From a virus, in the IMG/VR virus record IMGVR_UViG_2932987669_000002, positions 10,221 through 74,220 of that record: a stretch of 64,000 nucleotides of DNA. The stretch is one strand, 5' to 3'. The notes beneath the pieces are model-generated. The model searched no databases. It was not told the DNA's origin and saw only the letters and a list, made by a program, of their open reading frames with translations. This document shows positions 28,811 through 38,484 of this stretch, piece after piece (position 1 is the first letter of the stretch; every line of letters begins with the position of its first letter). Made by a program: the position numbers and the translations under genes.

Positions 28811-31558
28811 ATGACGAAATCGAAGCGCGATCATCGAAAGATCCTTGAAACCCTGCAAAACCCCGTTCGCTGGGGCGAAACCTACCTACAGAACCGGGAT
28901 GGCTCACCGCGAACCTATTGGCCCCATCAGGTTGAAGACCTGATCTGCGACGAGCGAAACATTGTTCACCTAGACGGCCGCGACGTCGGTAAGTGCATGT
29001 GTGGGAATGTACTTATCCTCGATACGCAAACTGGTGAACGGATTCGCATCGACCAGTTGAAACCCGGTCGCACGATTACCGTGCTCGCCCCAAACGGCAA
29101 ACTCGAAACGACGACGAACTATCAGGTACACGCGAACGGCCCCAGGCCCACCTTCAAGCTCACAACTCGGCTTGGTCGGTCGATCACCGCGACTGGCAAT
29201 CACCCGTTTTTGACGGATCATGGATGGCGGACGCTCGACGACTTGCAGCCTAGATCCTGGCTGGCGGTACCCCGAAATCTACCCGTTTCGCTTCCTACAA
29301 ACCCCGCAATGACCGACGACCAGTTGCAATTGTTGGCGTTTCTTCTGGCGGATGGCTCCTTGACCAGCGGGAACGTGGTCTTTACCAAGGAAGACCCACT
29401 GATCGCGGACGAATTCCAACTTGCTGTGGGGCGCACCTGGCCTTGGCTGACCACCCACCGATTCGATGAGATCAACTATCGCGTGGTCAACGACCCAGCC
29501 ATCACGAGCAACCGACTCAATGCTTGCCGCGCCTGGCTGGAAGGCCATGGCCTGTTCGGTTGCCGGTCCGAGAACAAGTTCATTCCCGACGAAATCTTTC
29601 GTTGCTCGAGCCGCCAGGTCGCCGTGTTCCTCGCCGCGTTGTTCGGCTGTGATGGCTGGTTCTGTTTGAAACGTCGCGGTACCACCATGCAACCAGAGGT
29701 CGGATATTGCTCGGCCTCGATGGCGGTGATCGACGGCATTGCCCACTTGCTGATGCGGGTCGGCATTGTCGCGCGGACTCGGACCCGAATGGTCGACGGT
29801 CGGCCTTACAGGGTCCTCGAAATCAAGCCCACAGCCTACATTCTTCGGTTCGAAAGGCTGATAGGCATGGCGGGTATCAAAGGCTTGAATTTGGCCGCGT
29901 TTTGCAGTGATTTCGGTGGTTGTCCTGAAGACCCTGATAGCATTCCCAAGGCTCTGATTCAGAGGGTGTTAAGGTCAGAGAAAAGCATAGAAACCAAGTG
30001 TAACCAAGGGGGATTCGGCAGGTACAACACCCGCCGTTTCAAGCTCGGTCGAATTGCCCGCCAAACCCGATCGAGCGACCTCCACAAAGTTGCCGCCTCT
30101 GACATTTATTGGGACGAAGTCACTGCCATCGAACCCGCCGGCATCGCCGAAACATACGACTTGAGCGTGCCCGGGTACCGAAACTTCGTAGCCAACGACA
30201 TCATCGTCCACAACTCGATTTGCCTCACGACCGATTGCCTGCATTTCGGGTTCACGACCAAAGGCGGGAAGGGCCTCATCGCGGCGCCACACCAGGGCCA
30301 ATTGGACACGCTTGCGGAGGAAATCGAGTATCAAGTCGACCACAATCCGGACTTAGCGCGGTCGATCGCCAAGACCCGAATGGGTGCACCCAAGATCATT
30401 CGCAAGCCCTATTTTCGGGTGGAATTCACCAACGGCACCGTCCTGTACTTCCGGCCGGCAGGTGCCAACGGCGAATCATTCCGGTCACTCCACGTGCACC
30501 GCGTCTGGGTCGACGAAGGCGCCTGGCTGACCGAGCGGGCCTGGAAAGCGTTGCGCCAATGTCTGTTGACCGGGGGCCGGATGCGGATTTACTCGACGCC
30601 GAACGGCATGCGCAACACGACCTATTACCGGCTCACCACGAACAGCTCGTTCAAGGTGTTTCGCTGGCCGTCGTGGATCAGCCCTCTGTGGACCAAGGAC
30701 CGGGAGCGAGACTTGCTCGACTTCTACGGCGGTCGAGACACCGCAGGATGGCAACACGAGGTTGCGGGTGAACACGGCAAGCCAAGTTACAGCGCATTCA
30801 ACCTCGATGCCTTCAACGCCTGTCGCAAAGAGGTGTTGGCATACAGCCGCATCGCTATCACGGGCGCCGAACTGACTGATTGTGCCGATGAGTCGGCTGT
30901 TTTCGATCGGCTCGAAATGTTGTTGAACCTGGAGCCACAGGACGGCGTGTTCTGGATCGGTGGCGACCTGGGCTATACCAACGACCCGACTGAATTGGTC
31001 GTGTTCCGCGAAGACGAAAGCGGCGGAAAACCAGTCCTAACGCTTTTCTTGCGAGTCCACATGGAGCAGGTGGCCTATCCGTGCATCTCTCAGGTCATCG
31101 CCCTGCTGGATCACCATTTCTCCGCAACCGGAATTGGTGTGGACTACGGTGGGAACGGAATGGCGGTCGTTCAAGAGCTATTGGGCCTCGACAAGTACAA
31201 GTCGAATAGCCTGAACGGCCGATTGCTTGGCATCCATTTCGGCGGCATGACGACCGTGACCGTCCGCGGCGGGCAGGAAATCAAAAAGCGAACCAAAGAG
31301 CACATGACTCAGCTCATTAACGGAGCGCTTCAACGACGAGAGCTGATCATTCCTGCAAGCGATTCGGACATCGAAGACGAGTTCACCACGCATACCTATG
31401 TGTTGCGGGACGGCCGCGTGATCTACAGTAAAGGACACGATCACATCATCGATGCCGTGCGGTGCGCCATGTTGGTGAGGGAACGAAGCCAAACGAACCA
31501 GGATGGCGGTCAGGCCAGGTGCGTTTTGCCTGTGGTGACCAATCCCGTTTTTCTTTGA
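28811..31558 (+). CDS. terL: Terminase large subunit containing an intein
   Basis: Walker A GRDVGK|S split by the intein, Walker B VWVDEG, motif III YSTPNG, nuclease GGDLG and DHIIDA. Confidence 0.92.
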   Translation: MTKSKRDHRKILETLQNPVRWGETYLQNRDGSPRTYWPHQVEDLICDERNIVHLDGRDVGKCMCGNVLILDTQTGERIRIDQLKPGRTITVLAPNGKLETTTNYQVHANGPRPTFKLTTRLGRSITATGNHPFLTDHGWRTLDDLQPRSWLAVPRNLPVSLPTNPAMTDDQLQLLAFLLADGSLTSGNVVFTKEDPLIADEFQLAVGRTWPWLTTHRFDEINYRVVNDPAITSNRLNACRAWLEGHGLFGCRSENKFIPDEIFRCSSRQVAVFLAALFGCDGWFCLKRRGTTMQPEVGYCSASMAVIDGIAHLLMRVGIVARTRTRMVDGRPYRVLEIKPTAYILRFERLIGMAGIKGLNLAAFCSDFGGCPEDPDSIPKALIQRVLRSEKSIETKCNQGGFGRYNTRRFKLGRIARQTRSSDLHKVAASDIYWDEVTAIEPAGIAETYDLSVPGYRNFVANDIIVHNSICLTTDCLHFGFTTKGGKGLIAAPHQGQLDTLAEEIEYQVDHNPDLARSIAKTRMGAPKIIRKPYFRVEFTNGTVLYFRPAGANGESFRSLHVHRVWVDEGAWLTERAWKALRQCLLTGGRMRIYSTPNGMRNTTYYRLTTNSSFKVFRWPSWISPLWTKDRERDLLDFYGGRDTAGWQHEVAGEHGKPSYSAFNLDAFNACRKEVLAYSRIAITGAELTDCADESAVFDRLEMLLNLEPQDGVFWIGGDLGYTNDPTELVVFREDESGGKPVLTLFLRVHMEQVAYPCISQVIALLDHHFSATGIGVDYGGNGMAVVQELLGLDKYKSNSLNGRLLGIHFGGMTTVTVRGGQEIKKRTKEHMTQLINGALQRRELIIPASDSDIEDEFTTHTYVLRDGRVIYSKGHDHIIDAVRCAMLVRERSQTNQDGGQARCVLPVVTNPVFL
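28994..30214 (+). other. Intein with LAGLIDADG homing endonuclease (aa 62-468, 407 aa)
   Basis: Starts with Cys (CMCGNV); block B TGNHPF; LLADGS and LFGCDGW motifs; ends YDLSV...NFVANDIIVHN followed by Ser+1. Confidence 0.92.
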
Positions 31559-32509
31559 CGGGTTTAGGATCCGGTTTGAGGAGAGCTGGGCGCAGGAGAT
31601 AGACCGTCTCCGCGCTAGCTGAGAGCATAAAGGAAAGTTGGCGAGCACACTTTGTCGTCAAATCATCCCCGTGCTTGCGCAATGCGATTAAGTTAAGGAT
31701 TCAACCTTAGCGGTTAGGCCGGTAAGCAAAGGTGTAACAGACGGTTTTTGTATTTCGGTTCGTTGGCAGACGGCGTAGGTACTTTCAGCCCGGCTCGATG
31801 CTGGTGAGCGAACGGACAAACACCTCCTTTAACTTTTGGATTTGTGGGCTGGGCTTTCCGCGTAATAGCAATAACGGCAACGTGTTTTTAATTTTCGCCA
31901 AAGCTTGCGTGAGGCATATTTTGTAGTTGACCTTTTTCCTGAGGTTTGATCTCTTGACTATTTCTCGACAATCTATGCTACAGTAGTCCGGTCACAATTA
32001 AGTCAAATATGTTTATTGCACAAGCGACCGTTTTAGTTGCACCACAGGCCACGATTTTGTCAGACACGAGCAATTTCTGTGAAGTTACTCTTGTTTGGGA
32101 TAATCTTTTGGTTAGGTACAGTGAATAATTTAGCCTTTGATCCTTTTCCTGGGTCAAATCTTAAGCTACACGCAAACATCAAAATTGAGGAAAACACACC
32201 TTTAGACGATAATTTAAACGCCGTCTAAGGATTTTTTAGATCCCAGTCGACGTTAGTTTCGGAAATCTTAAAAGGCATTTTTGAATACTACAAAACAATG
32301 CGTTCTCGATATGAGCGAATGGGGTCCAGTGGGTAAAAAATATGCCGGATTTTCAGTCATCAATCGAAATACCAGCATTGGTAAACCTTAATTACATTAC
32401 TGTTAGCTGGCCATATGGAGGCTCGTCACTGATTGGACTAAGTTACACCTGTGATTGGGCTGAGGAGCATGGTCTCGGGGCGTAGTCAATAAAACCCGAC
32501 TCGGTAAAG

Positions 32510-33439
32510 TTGGATCCGCTGATTGTGCAATTGTATGAATTGGAGATCAGTCTTATGAACAAGAAAAAGAGAAAAGAAATGCAAAAAGCTTTAATTGAAG
32601 CTGCCGAAAGAAGAAGGCGAGAATCTCTTTGGAGCCCAGACCTTCCACCCGAAGAGCTGGAACATTTTGCAATTGAAGCTGCTGAAAGAAGAAGGCGAGA
32701 ATCTCTTTGGAGCCCAGACCTTCCACCCGAAGAGCTGGAACATTTTTCAAAAGTCACTTCTCAGTATTTTGAGTGTTATCAAAGCATTTCAAAGAAATGT
32801 TCATTACCACGGAGACCGATACACAATGAATCCCCTGGAAAAAGTCATTTTGGGGGTTCCTTTCTTTTTCCGGATCGAAAACCTCTACCCAAATCAAAAG
32901 ACGGGACGCTACTTACTCCGGTTTTTGAATTTTACGTAGACGAACTGCCATTTGTTCCTAGCCAATTAGATGGGACATTGTTAATTCAATTGTTCTTAGA
33001 ATTAAATCAGTTTAATCCGAATCACTACGATAATTATTCACAATTGGAATACAGCGGAGGCGATTGGGAAATAATTACTTATGATTCGATTGAAAATTTA
33101 ACTGAGCGCGTATCGAATAACGGCTTTGATCCAGATTTCCTAATATGGGATGAAGTTGTTACTTATCCTTGTTATCCCGACGACTTGGGAATTGTGCCAG
33201 ACAACTTAGAAAAGCTATTTGAAGAACTTCCTCGTTCAAACGAAATGGCTGGTGAGAAAATCACAACCGGTTATTGGACACGAATTGGAGGGTGGCCAAC
33301 TTGGTTAACTGGGAGCAATGTCGGCGATTTCTTAATTCAAATCGATGGAGACAGCAGTGGTATCAACCTAGGTTTTGATGGCCAATTGTATTTGGGGTTG
33401 GATAAAGGTAAATGGGAAATGGCGTGGGAAATCGGTTAA
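32510..33439 (+). CDS. AT-rich YwqG/DUF1963-like protein (moron; start may be 32555)
   Basis: C-terminal RIGGWPTW...FLIQID...FDGQLYLG...W pattern; GC content far below the flanks. Confidence 0.6.
   Translation: MDPLIVQLYELEISLMNKKKRKEMQKALIEAAERRRRESLWSPDLPPEELEHFAIEAAERRRRESLWSPDLPPEELEHFSKVTSQYFECYQSISKKCSLPRRPIHNESPGKSHFGGSFLFPDRKPLPKSKDGTLLTPVFEFYVDELPFVPSQLDGTLLIQLFLELNQFNPNHYDNYSQLEYSGGDWEIITYDSIENLTERVSNNGFDPDFLIWDEVVTYPCYPDDLGIVPDNLEKLFEELPRSNEMAGEKITTGYWTRIGGWPTWLTGSNVGDFLIQIDGDSSGINLGFDGQLYLGLDKGKWEMAWEIG
32593..32746 (+). repeat. Near-perfect 78-bp in-frame tandem duplication
   Basis: IEAAERRRRESLWSPDLPPEELEHF occurs twice. Confidence 0.95.
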
Positions 33440-33499
33440 ATGAAAATAGGTTACGCTAGAGTATCAAAAGCAGACGGTTCACAATCGTTAAATTTGTAA
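33440..33499 (+). pseudogene. N-terminal remnant of a serine resolvase/invertase
   Basis: ATG...TAA encodes MKIGYARVSKADGSQSLNL*, containing the GYARVS catalytic-serine motif. Confidence 0.8.
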
Positions 33500-33563
33500 G
33501 CGGTACCTGCTGGCCTGTCGCATGGCCAACGTCGCCGAAATCAAGAGGAAGAACACTGCATCC

Positions 33564-33592
33564 GTCACATCGAAGACCATCCCGGTAGGTAG
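33564..33592 (+). promoter_or_regulatory. Bipartite motif copy 4 (GTCAC-N13-CCGGTAGGTAG)
   Basis: Exact spacing; precedes the portal module. Confidence 0.75.
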
Positions 33593-33637
33593 GTCAATAG
33601 AGACCTCGTTTCTCTACTCCACGACCAAGGTTTTCTC

Positions 33638-33769
33638 ATGCGTTTCGGAACGGTTTTCAGCGGCACCGAAGCGCCAAGCGTGGCTTGGCATGATCTCGGA
33701 TGTACAACCAAGTTCTTCGCGGGAATCGTCGAATTCCCGTCGACAATAAAGCATGGGGCAATTCCATGA
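33638..33769 (+). pseudogene. 43-aa N-terminal remnant of a phage C5-cytosine DNA methyltransferase
   Basis: MRFGTVFSGTEAPSVAWHDLG...FAGIVEFPS matches motif I (F/CSGIEA.SVAW..LG). Its TGA overlaps the portal ATG (ATGA). Confidence 0.65.
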
Positions 33770-35250
33770 AAAACGACCCAGCGGTTTCAAGCTCAGATGC
33801 AATTGGGCCCCTCGCGACGGTCGCGGCCCTTGACCCATCGGCCTTTTCCACCATCCAAACCAACGAGGCCATCCCCTCGGGATGGACCGAGCGCGCCAAA
33901 AAAGCATGGGCCTTCTACCAAGAGGAACCCTTGGTCAAGAACTGCATCAACAGTTGGAAGACCTTCGCCGTCGGCGACTGTATCCAGTTCGCTTCCAACG
34001 ACGACGACCTCAAGCAGGAAGCAAGCACCCTGGCCCAGCGCGTCCAGTTATCCACCTTCGTCAAGGACATGATTCTCCAACTGCTCGTCAAAGGCGATGC
34101 GGTTGGGTTCAAGTCAACCGATCCCAAAGGTGACCTGGCCGAACTGGTGTGTGTGAACCCGGTCTCGGTCAAGGTCACCTATGAAGACGGCAAACTCGTC
34201 AAAGCCGCCCAGCAGGCGGAAAACAACGTCGGCGACGGAGGCGTCAAGCTCCCCGTCGACCAACTTCTGCACCTCAAATGGGACGCGCCGACCTTCTCGC
34301 AGCGCGGCAACAGCATGGTCCTGCCCGCGTTCGAGTCCATCGAACTCTTGCGAGACTACCGCCGCGCCGAACGTGCGATCGCCAAGCGCTGGACGACACC
34401 GCTCCGGTTGATCAAGGTCGGCGGCAGCTACGGCCAAAAGATGGTGATGCCCGATCAGGCCATGTTGGAGCAGACCCGCGACATGATCAACCGGATGGAC
34501 CTCAAAAGCGGGCTGGTGGTGCCGTTTTACGTGACTTGTGAGACCCACGGCACCGAGGGACAGGTCCTGAACGTCGAAGACAAGATCAGCGACGTCAAGG
34601 AAGACATCATGGTCGCGCTCGGCCTGTCACGGAGCATGGTTACGGGAGACGGGCCCAACTTCGCGACGGCCTCCGTGTCGCTTCAGAAGATGCTGGTCAT
34701 GATCCGGGAAATCAAAGGGTTCGCCATCCGCATCCTCGATTGGGTGTTCGCTGATTGGATCGAAGCCAACGGCTATTCCGGCAAAAGCCTGCAATACCTG
34801 TTCAACGACCTGGACCCCACCGACGCCGTCGACTACAAGAAGCTATTGCTGGAACTCTACGACCGCAAATTGATATCCCGGTCGACCCTGCAAACCAAAA
34901 TGGACCTGGTTCCCGATATCGAGCGCGACAATCGGGAACAGGAAAAGCGCTTGGACCTGTTCGACGAGCGAACGACCCGACCCATCATCGACCTGGTTGT
35001 GGCCGGAGTGTTGGACATCTCGCAGGCCAAAGCAATTCTCGGCCTGGACGATGGCGCCACAACTGAGGCCCAAGCGACCGCTTTGGATGGGTTGGGTACT
35101 CAGGCCTCGAACAAGCTTTGTGACGACTGTGCCCACTTCGACGCGGACACCAACCATTGTCGGATCCATCGACGGGAAACCCTGTTCGATAGCCCGGCCT
35201 GTCGGTTTCTCTCACAAAAGCCGGATCCGGCCGCAGGTAGGGAAAGGTGA
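33766..35250 (+). CDS. Portal protein with C-terminal Cys-rich extension
   Basis: Position after terL, ~494 aa, portal-like helical composition; start inferred from the ATGA overlap at 33766. Confidence 0.8.
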   Translation: MKNDPAVSSSDAIGPLATVAALDPSAFSTIQTNEAIPSGWTERAKKAWAFYQEEPLVKNCINSWKTFAVGDCIQFASNDDDLKQEASTLAQRVQLSTFVKDMILQLLVKGDAVGFKSTDPKGDLAELVCVNPVSVKVTYEDGKLVKAAQQAENNVGDGGVKLPVDQLLHLKWDAPTFSQRGNSMVLPAFESIELLRDYRRAERAIAKRWTTPLRLIKVGGSYGQKMVMPDQAMLEQTRDMINRMDLKSGLVVPFYVTCETHGTEGQVLNVEDKISDVKEDIMVALGLSRSMVTGDGPNFATASVSLQKMLVMIREIKGFAIRILDWVFADWIEANGYSGKSLQYLFNDLDPTDAVDYKKLLLELYDRKLISRSTLQTKMDLVPDIERDNREQEKRLDLFDERTTRPIIDLVVAGVLDISQAKAILGLDDGATTEAQATALDGLGTQASNKLCDDCAHFDADTNHCRIHRRETLFDSPACRFLSQKPDPAAGRER

Positions 35251-36782
35251 TCGCGGCAACAGCAGCTCGGACACGCGACCCGCTAGCGATTGCGATTCGC
35301 AACGCGACCATTGAAACGGTCGCCGACCGGAACCAATACACCGAGAAGACCGTGTCGGAATTGGTTGCGCTGCTGGAAGCCACACAAAAGGATGTCCATC
35401 GGATCATGTTGCGGGCGAAGACGCAAAACATGGTGGAGAACGACAAACGAGCAAAGACCCATGGCCTTCAGACTCTCGAAAAGGAAATCAGCGCCATAGT
35501 CGGCGATCTCCGCGCCAACAGCTCATTGTTGTTTCGGCGGACGATTCGGGAAGCCTTCAAAAACGGCATTCGGGGTGGGGCTCAAACACTCATGGCCGCG
35601 AGCCTTCCGTATTTCAAGGACCTGGCGCCGAGGGGCTTGAACAAGTTGACCACGTCGGTGTTCCAGGTTATCGACCGCGACGCCTTAGATTTCCTGGCCA
35701 AGTACACGGTTCGCTTGTCAGGCGACGTATCCCGCGAATTGCGCGATGGGATCAAGCGCACCCTGTTGACCGGCATCGTGCGCGGCCTCAGTTCGGAGCA
35801 AATCGCCAAAGAGATGGGCCAGGTCATTCCCGACCTGGAATCGTTTCGAAATGCAGGTGGCCGGGTGTTTTCGAAGGCGCAATATCGGTTGGAACTCATT
35901 GCCCGAACCGAGACCTTGCGTGCGCACAACCAAGGACGGGTCACCTTCTACCAACAAGTCGGTGTCGAGAAAGTGGAATGGCTCACCCTGGACGATGAAC
36001 GGGTATGTCCAGTCTGTGGACCACTGAACGGCCAAGTGTTTCCTATCGATCAGCCTCTTGACCAACCGCGGCATCCGAACTGCCGGTGCACGCACGTGCC
36101 GGCGGGTGACTTCGAAGTTGCCGAGCCTGGCCGCAAACAGAAAGGCGGACTCAAGCCACCGGATGAAATCAACCGTCTGGCGAAGGTCAAAGCCACCAAG
36201 CGACGCGAACGTACTCGCGCCTTCAACAGTGGCGACCCCGCGCAATTGAAAGCCTTGCCCTCTGGTCAACTCGCGCAATTGTCGATCGACGAAGGGTTGA
36301 GCCTGTGGCGATCCAAATCCGAGTTGGTGGCCCAGTTGAACCGCCAAAACCCTGCCGTCGACCACAGCCGCCTGGACGGCGCAGCATTGCAAGCAACTTT
36401 ACGGGCCGCAAACATCGGTCGCCGCCGTGATCGCTCCGAGTTGCTGGCGCAGCTCAAGCGCGCGCAAGCCGAAATGATTGCCCTTCGCGAGAAAGCGGAG
36501 GCCCTGACGCTCAGCGACTTGACGGTGGCCGAACTGCGGGAGCTGGCCAAAGCCTATTCGGTGCCGGTGACCGTCACCCGAAAGGACGTGATCGACATCG
36601 CGACCGACCGATACCCCAAACGCGATTGGACGGAAGTGGCTGGCGCCGAGCTGGCCGCCCTTCGTCGCAAGATGGGCCTGAGCACCGTCAAGACCAAGGA
36701 TCAATTGATTCGAGCCATCGAAGACCGCCTGGGTGCGCGCCTGGCCAAAAAGGCCATCAACCGTCCGACACTTCGCAAGTGA
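35247..36782 (+). CDS. Head morphogenesis protein (MuF / SPP1 gp7 family) with C-terminal extension
   Basis: IARTETLRAHNQG, W.T.DDERVCPVC, HPNCRC motifs. Confidence 0.9.
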   Translation: MIAATAARTRDPLAIAIRNATIETVADRNQYTEKTVSELVALLEATQKDVHRIMLRAKTQNMVENDKRAKTHGLQTLEKEISAIVGDLRANSSLLFRRTIREAFKNGIRGGAQTLMAASLPYFKDLAPRGLNKLTTSVFQVIDRDALDFLAKYTVRLSGDVSRELRDGIKRTLLTGIVRGLSSEQIAKEMGQVIPDLESFRNAGGRVFSKAQYRLELIARTETLRAHNQGRVTFYQQVGVEKVEWLTLDDERVCPVCGPLNGQVFPIDQPLDQPRHPNCRCTHVPAGDFEVAEPGRKQKGGLKPPDEINRLAKVKATKRRERTRAFNSGDPAQLKALPSGQLAQLSIDEGLSLWRSKSELVAQLNRQNPAVDHSRLDGAALQATLRAANIGRRRDRSELLAQLKRAQAEMIALREKAEALTLSDLTVAELRELAKAYSVPVTVTRKDVIDIATDRYPKRDWTEVAGAELAALRRKMGLSTVKTKDQLIRAIEDRLGARLAKKAINRPTLRK

Positions 36783-36798
36783 TTGCTTTAGGTAGATA
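36767..36798 (+). promoter_or_regulatory. Bipartite motif copy 5 (GACAC-N13-GCTTTAGGTAG)
   Basis: Variant sharing TTGCTTTAGGTAGATA with copy 9. Confidence 0.65.
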
Positions 36799-36826
36799 GG
36801 GAGAGCGTTTTTCAACGAGGTGGCGC

Positions 36827-38077
36827 ATGGATTCAGCCGATCCGCAAACCCTTGATGCCCAGCCGCAGAATGATGCGTCGGGATCCTTGAGGTGCACAAC
36901 GACCGTTCCCGTTGATCTGGAGCCGCTCACAACTGCCGCCGATATGGCCACGACTCTCAACGTCGACCCGAGGTTCCGGTTCACCTTGTGCCACGTGGGC
37001 ACCAACCGCAATGGCGATCACTTTGGCGAAGACGAATTGCGCCAAGCGTTTTCATCGGCCATCGGCCAGAAAATCGACCTGGCCCACAGTCAGGACATCA
37101 AGGATATCGTCGGCGCGATCACCGCCGCCGACCTGGCCGGTGCAGGCGAGGAAACCCGAATTGAATGCCAAGGCGAGCTGTACACGCGCGAAAGCGCGTT
37201 GGCGAGATTGGTTCACAAGCTGATCGCGCGACGGGTCATTCGCCAGGTGTCCATGGAATGCGATTACCAAACCGGAACCTGCAGCGTGTGCGGCCAATCG
37301 TTTCGGGCCAAGGCCGATTACTGCGTGCACCTCAAAAAGTACAAAGGCAAGGAATACCAGGGGAAACCGGTGTTCGAGGTCTTGAACGGCGTTCGATTCT
37401 GTGGTCTGGGCCTACTTTCCAAGGAAGGTGCCGACCCGAATGCCCGAATCACCCAAGTCGCCCATCGCGATGCGGACAGCCCGAAAGGAGACACTTTGGA
37501 AGACGTCACGGAACCCAGTCAGGAAACGCAGATACCCAGGGCCGCCAATTCACCCAATGACGATAAACCCAAAACCGAGCAAGCACCCAAAGGCCAAGAC
37601 GCGGAGCTGCGACGCGTTCAGACAGAGAACCAACGCCTCAAGGACGAAAAGCAGGCCGTCGAAAGCAAAGTCCTGGAATTGACCAAGCAGGTCAAGCAAC
37701 TTCAATCGGAGCAACAGGCCGCCGCGCGACGGGAACGTGCGGCTTCTCTGATTGCTCAGTTGGAAACCGGCGGAATCGTATTGGACGCGTCGACCAAGAC
37801 TGCGGAACTCGACCGGCTGGCCGAGTTGGATGACGCCGCCTTTACCGCGGCCAAGACCACATGGGATTTCGCGCTGTCGGCCGCGGCCAAGAAAGGCGCT
37901 GGTGCTCCACCAAACAAGCCGACCGGGACCGCCCAAACCTCGGAGCCTGGCGTTGCCAAAACCGCAACCGCCGACGTTCGACCGCGCGACGTGGAAGACC
38001 GGATTGGTGGTGACCTCCAATCCCGCCTAACCGAGCGATTTATGGGTGCTTGGCGCGCACGCACCAACCAAACCTAA
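36827..38077 (+). CDS. Prohead protease/scaffold fusion
   Basis: NRNGDHF, IDLAH, VSMEC and CSVCG...YCVHL in the N-terminal part; coiled-coil C-terminus; lies between MuF and the capsid genes. Confidence 0.7.
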   Translation: MDSADPQTLDAQPQNDASGSLRCTTTVPVDLEPLTTAADMATTLNVDPRFRFTLCHVGTNRNGDHFGEDELRQAFSSAIGQKIDLAHSQDIKDIVGAITAADLAGAGEETRIECQGELYTRESALARLVHKLIARRVIRQVSMECDYQTGTCSVCGQSFRAKADYCVHLKKYKGKEYQGKPVFEVLNGVRFCGLGLLSKEGADPNARITQVAHRDADSPKGDTLEDVTEPSQETQIPRAANSPNDDKPKTEQAPKGQDAELRRVQTENQRLKDEKQAVESKVLELTKQVKQLQSEQQAAARRERAASLIAQLETGGIVLDASTKTAELDRLAELDDAAFTAAKTTWDFALSAAAKKGAGAPPNKPTGTAQTSEPGVAKTATADVRPRDVEDRIGGDLQSRLTERFMGAWRARTNQT

Positions 38078-38087
38078 AGGGGGAATC

Positions 38088-38447
38088 ATGCCGTTCTTCA
38101 GATCTCTTCACCGAGGTATCGCATACGGTGCCGGGCACATGCAAACGGCTGGCACCGAAGGTCAAGTCGTTGCGCTGACTGGCAACGATCTGTTTGCACC
38201 GATCACCGGCAACGCAACGCCGTTTGGCATCCTGCGCGCGGATTGCGCGGTCGGAGAGATGCCAGGCGTGTGGTTCAACGGCGGCCTCTACGAAACCGAT
38301 CGCTACGAGGGCACACCTACCGCAGGCGCACCACTGACCTTCAGCGCCAACAGCCTGTTGACGGCCGATGTTCAAACGGATGATTCCGTGATCGGCACCG
38401 TCGTCGCGGTCAACGGCAGCACGATCAAGTTTAAGTTGCTTATCTAA
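38088..38447 (+). CDS. Putative head decoration protein
   Basis: AAAGGGGG RBS; small Gly/Thr-rich protein immediately before the capsid gene. Confidence 0.6.
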   Translation: MPFFRSLHRGIAYGAGHMQTAGTEGQVVALTGNDLFAPITGNATPFGILRADCAVGEMPGVWFNGGLYETDRYEGTPTAGAPLTFSANSLLTADVQTDDSVIGTVVAVNGSTIKFKLLI

Positions 38448-38484
38448 ACCGCCTGACCGGCGGTTCTCATCGAAAGGGGAACAC

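Noticed and set aside
31954-31979. TTGACT...TATGCT sigma70 promoter
   Set aside because: The spacer is only 14 nt.
32593-32746. 78-bp direct repeat as a mini-CRISPR
   Set aside because: Adjacent copies with no spacer, in frame inside a CDS.
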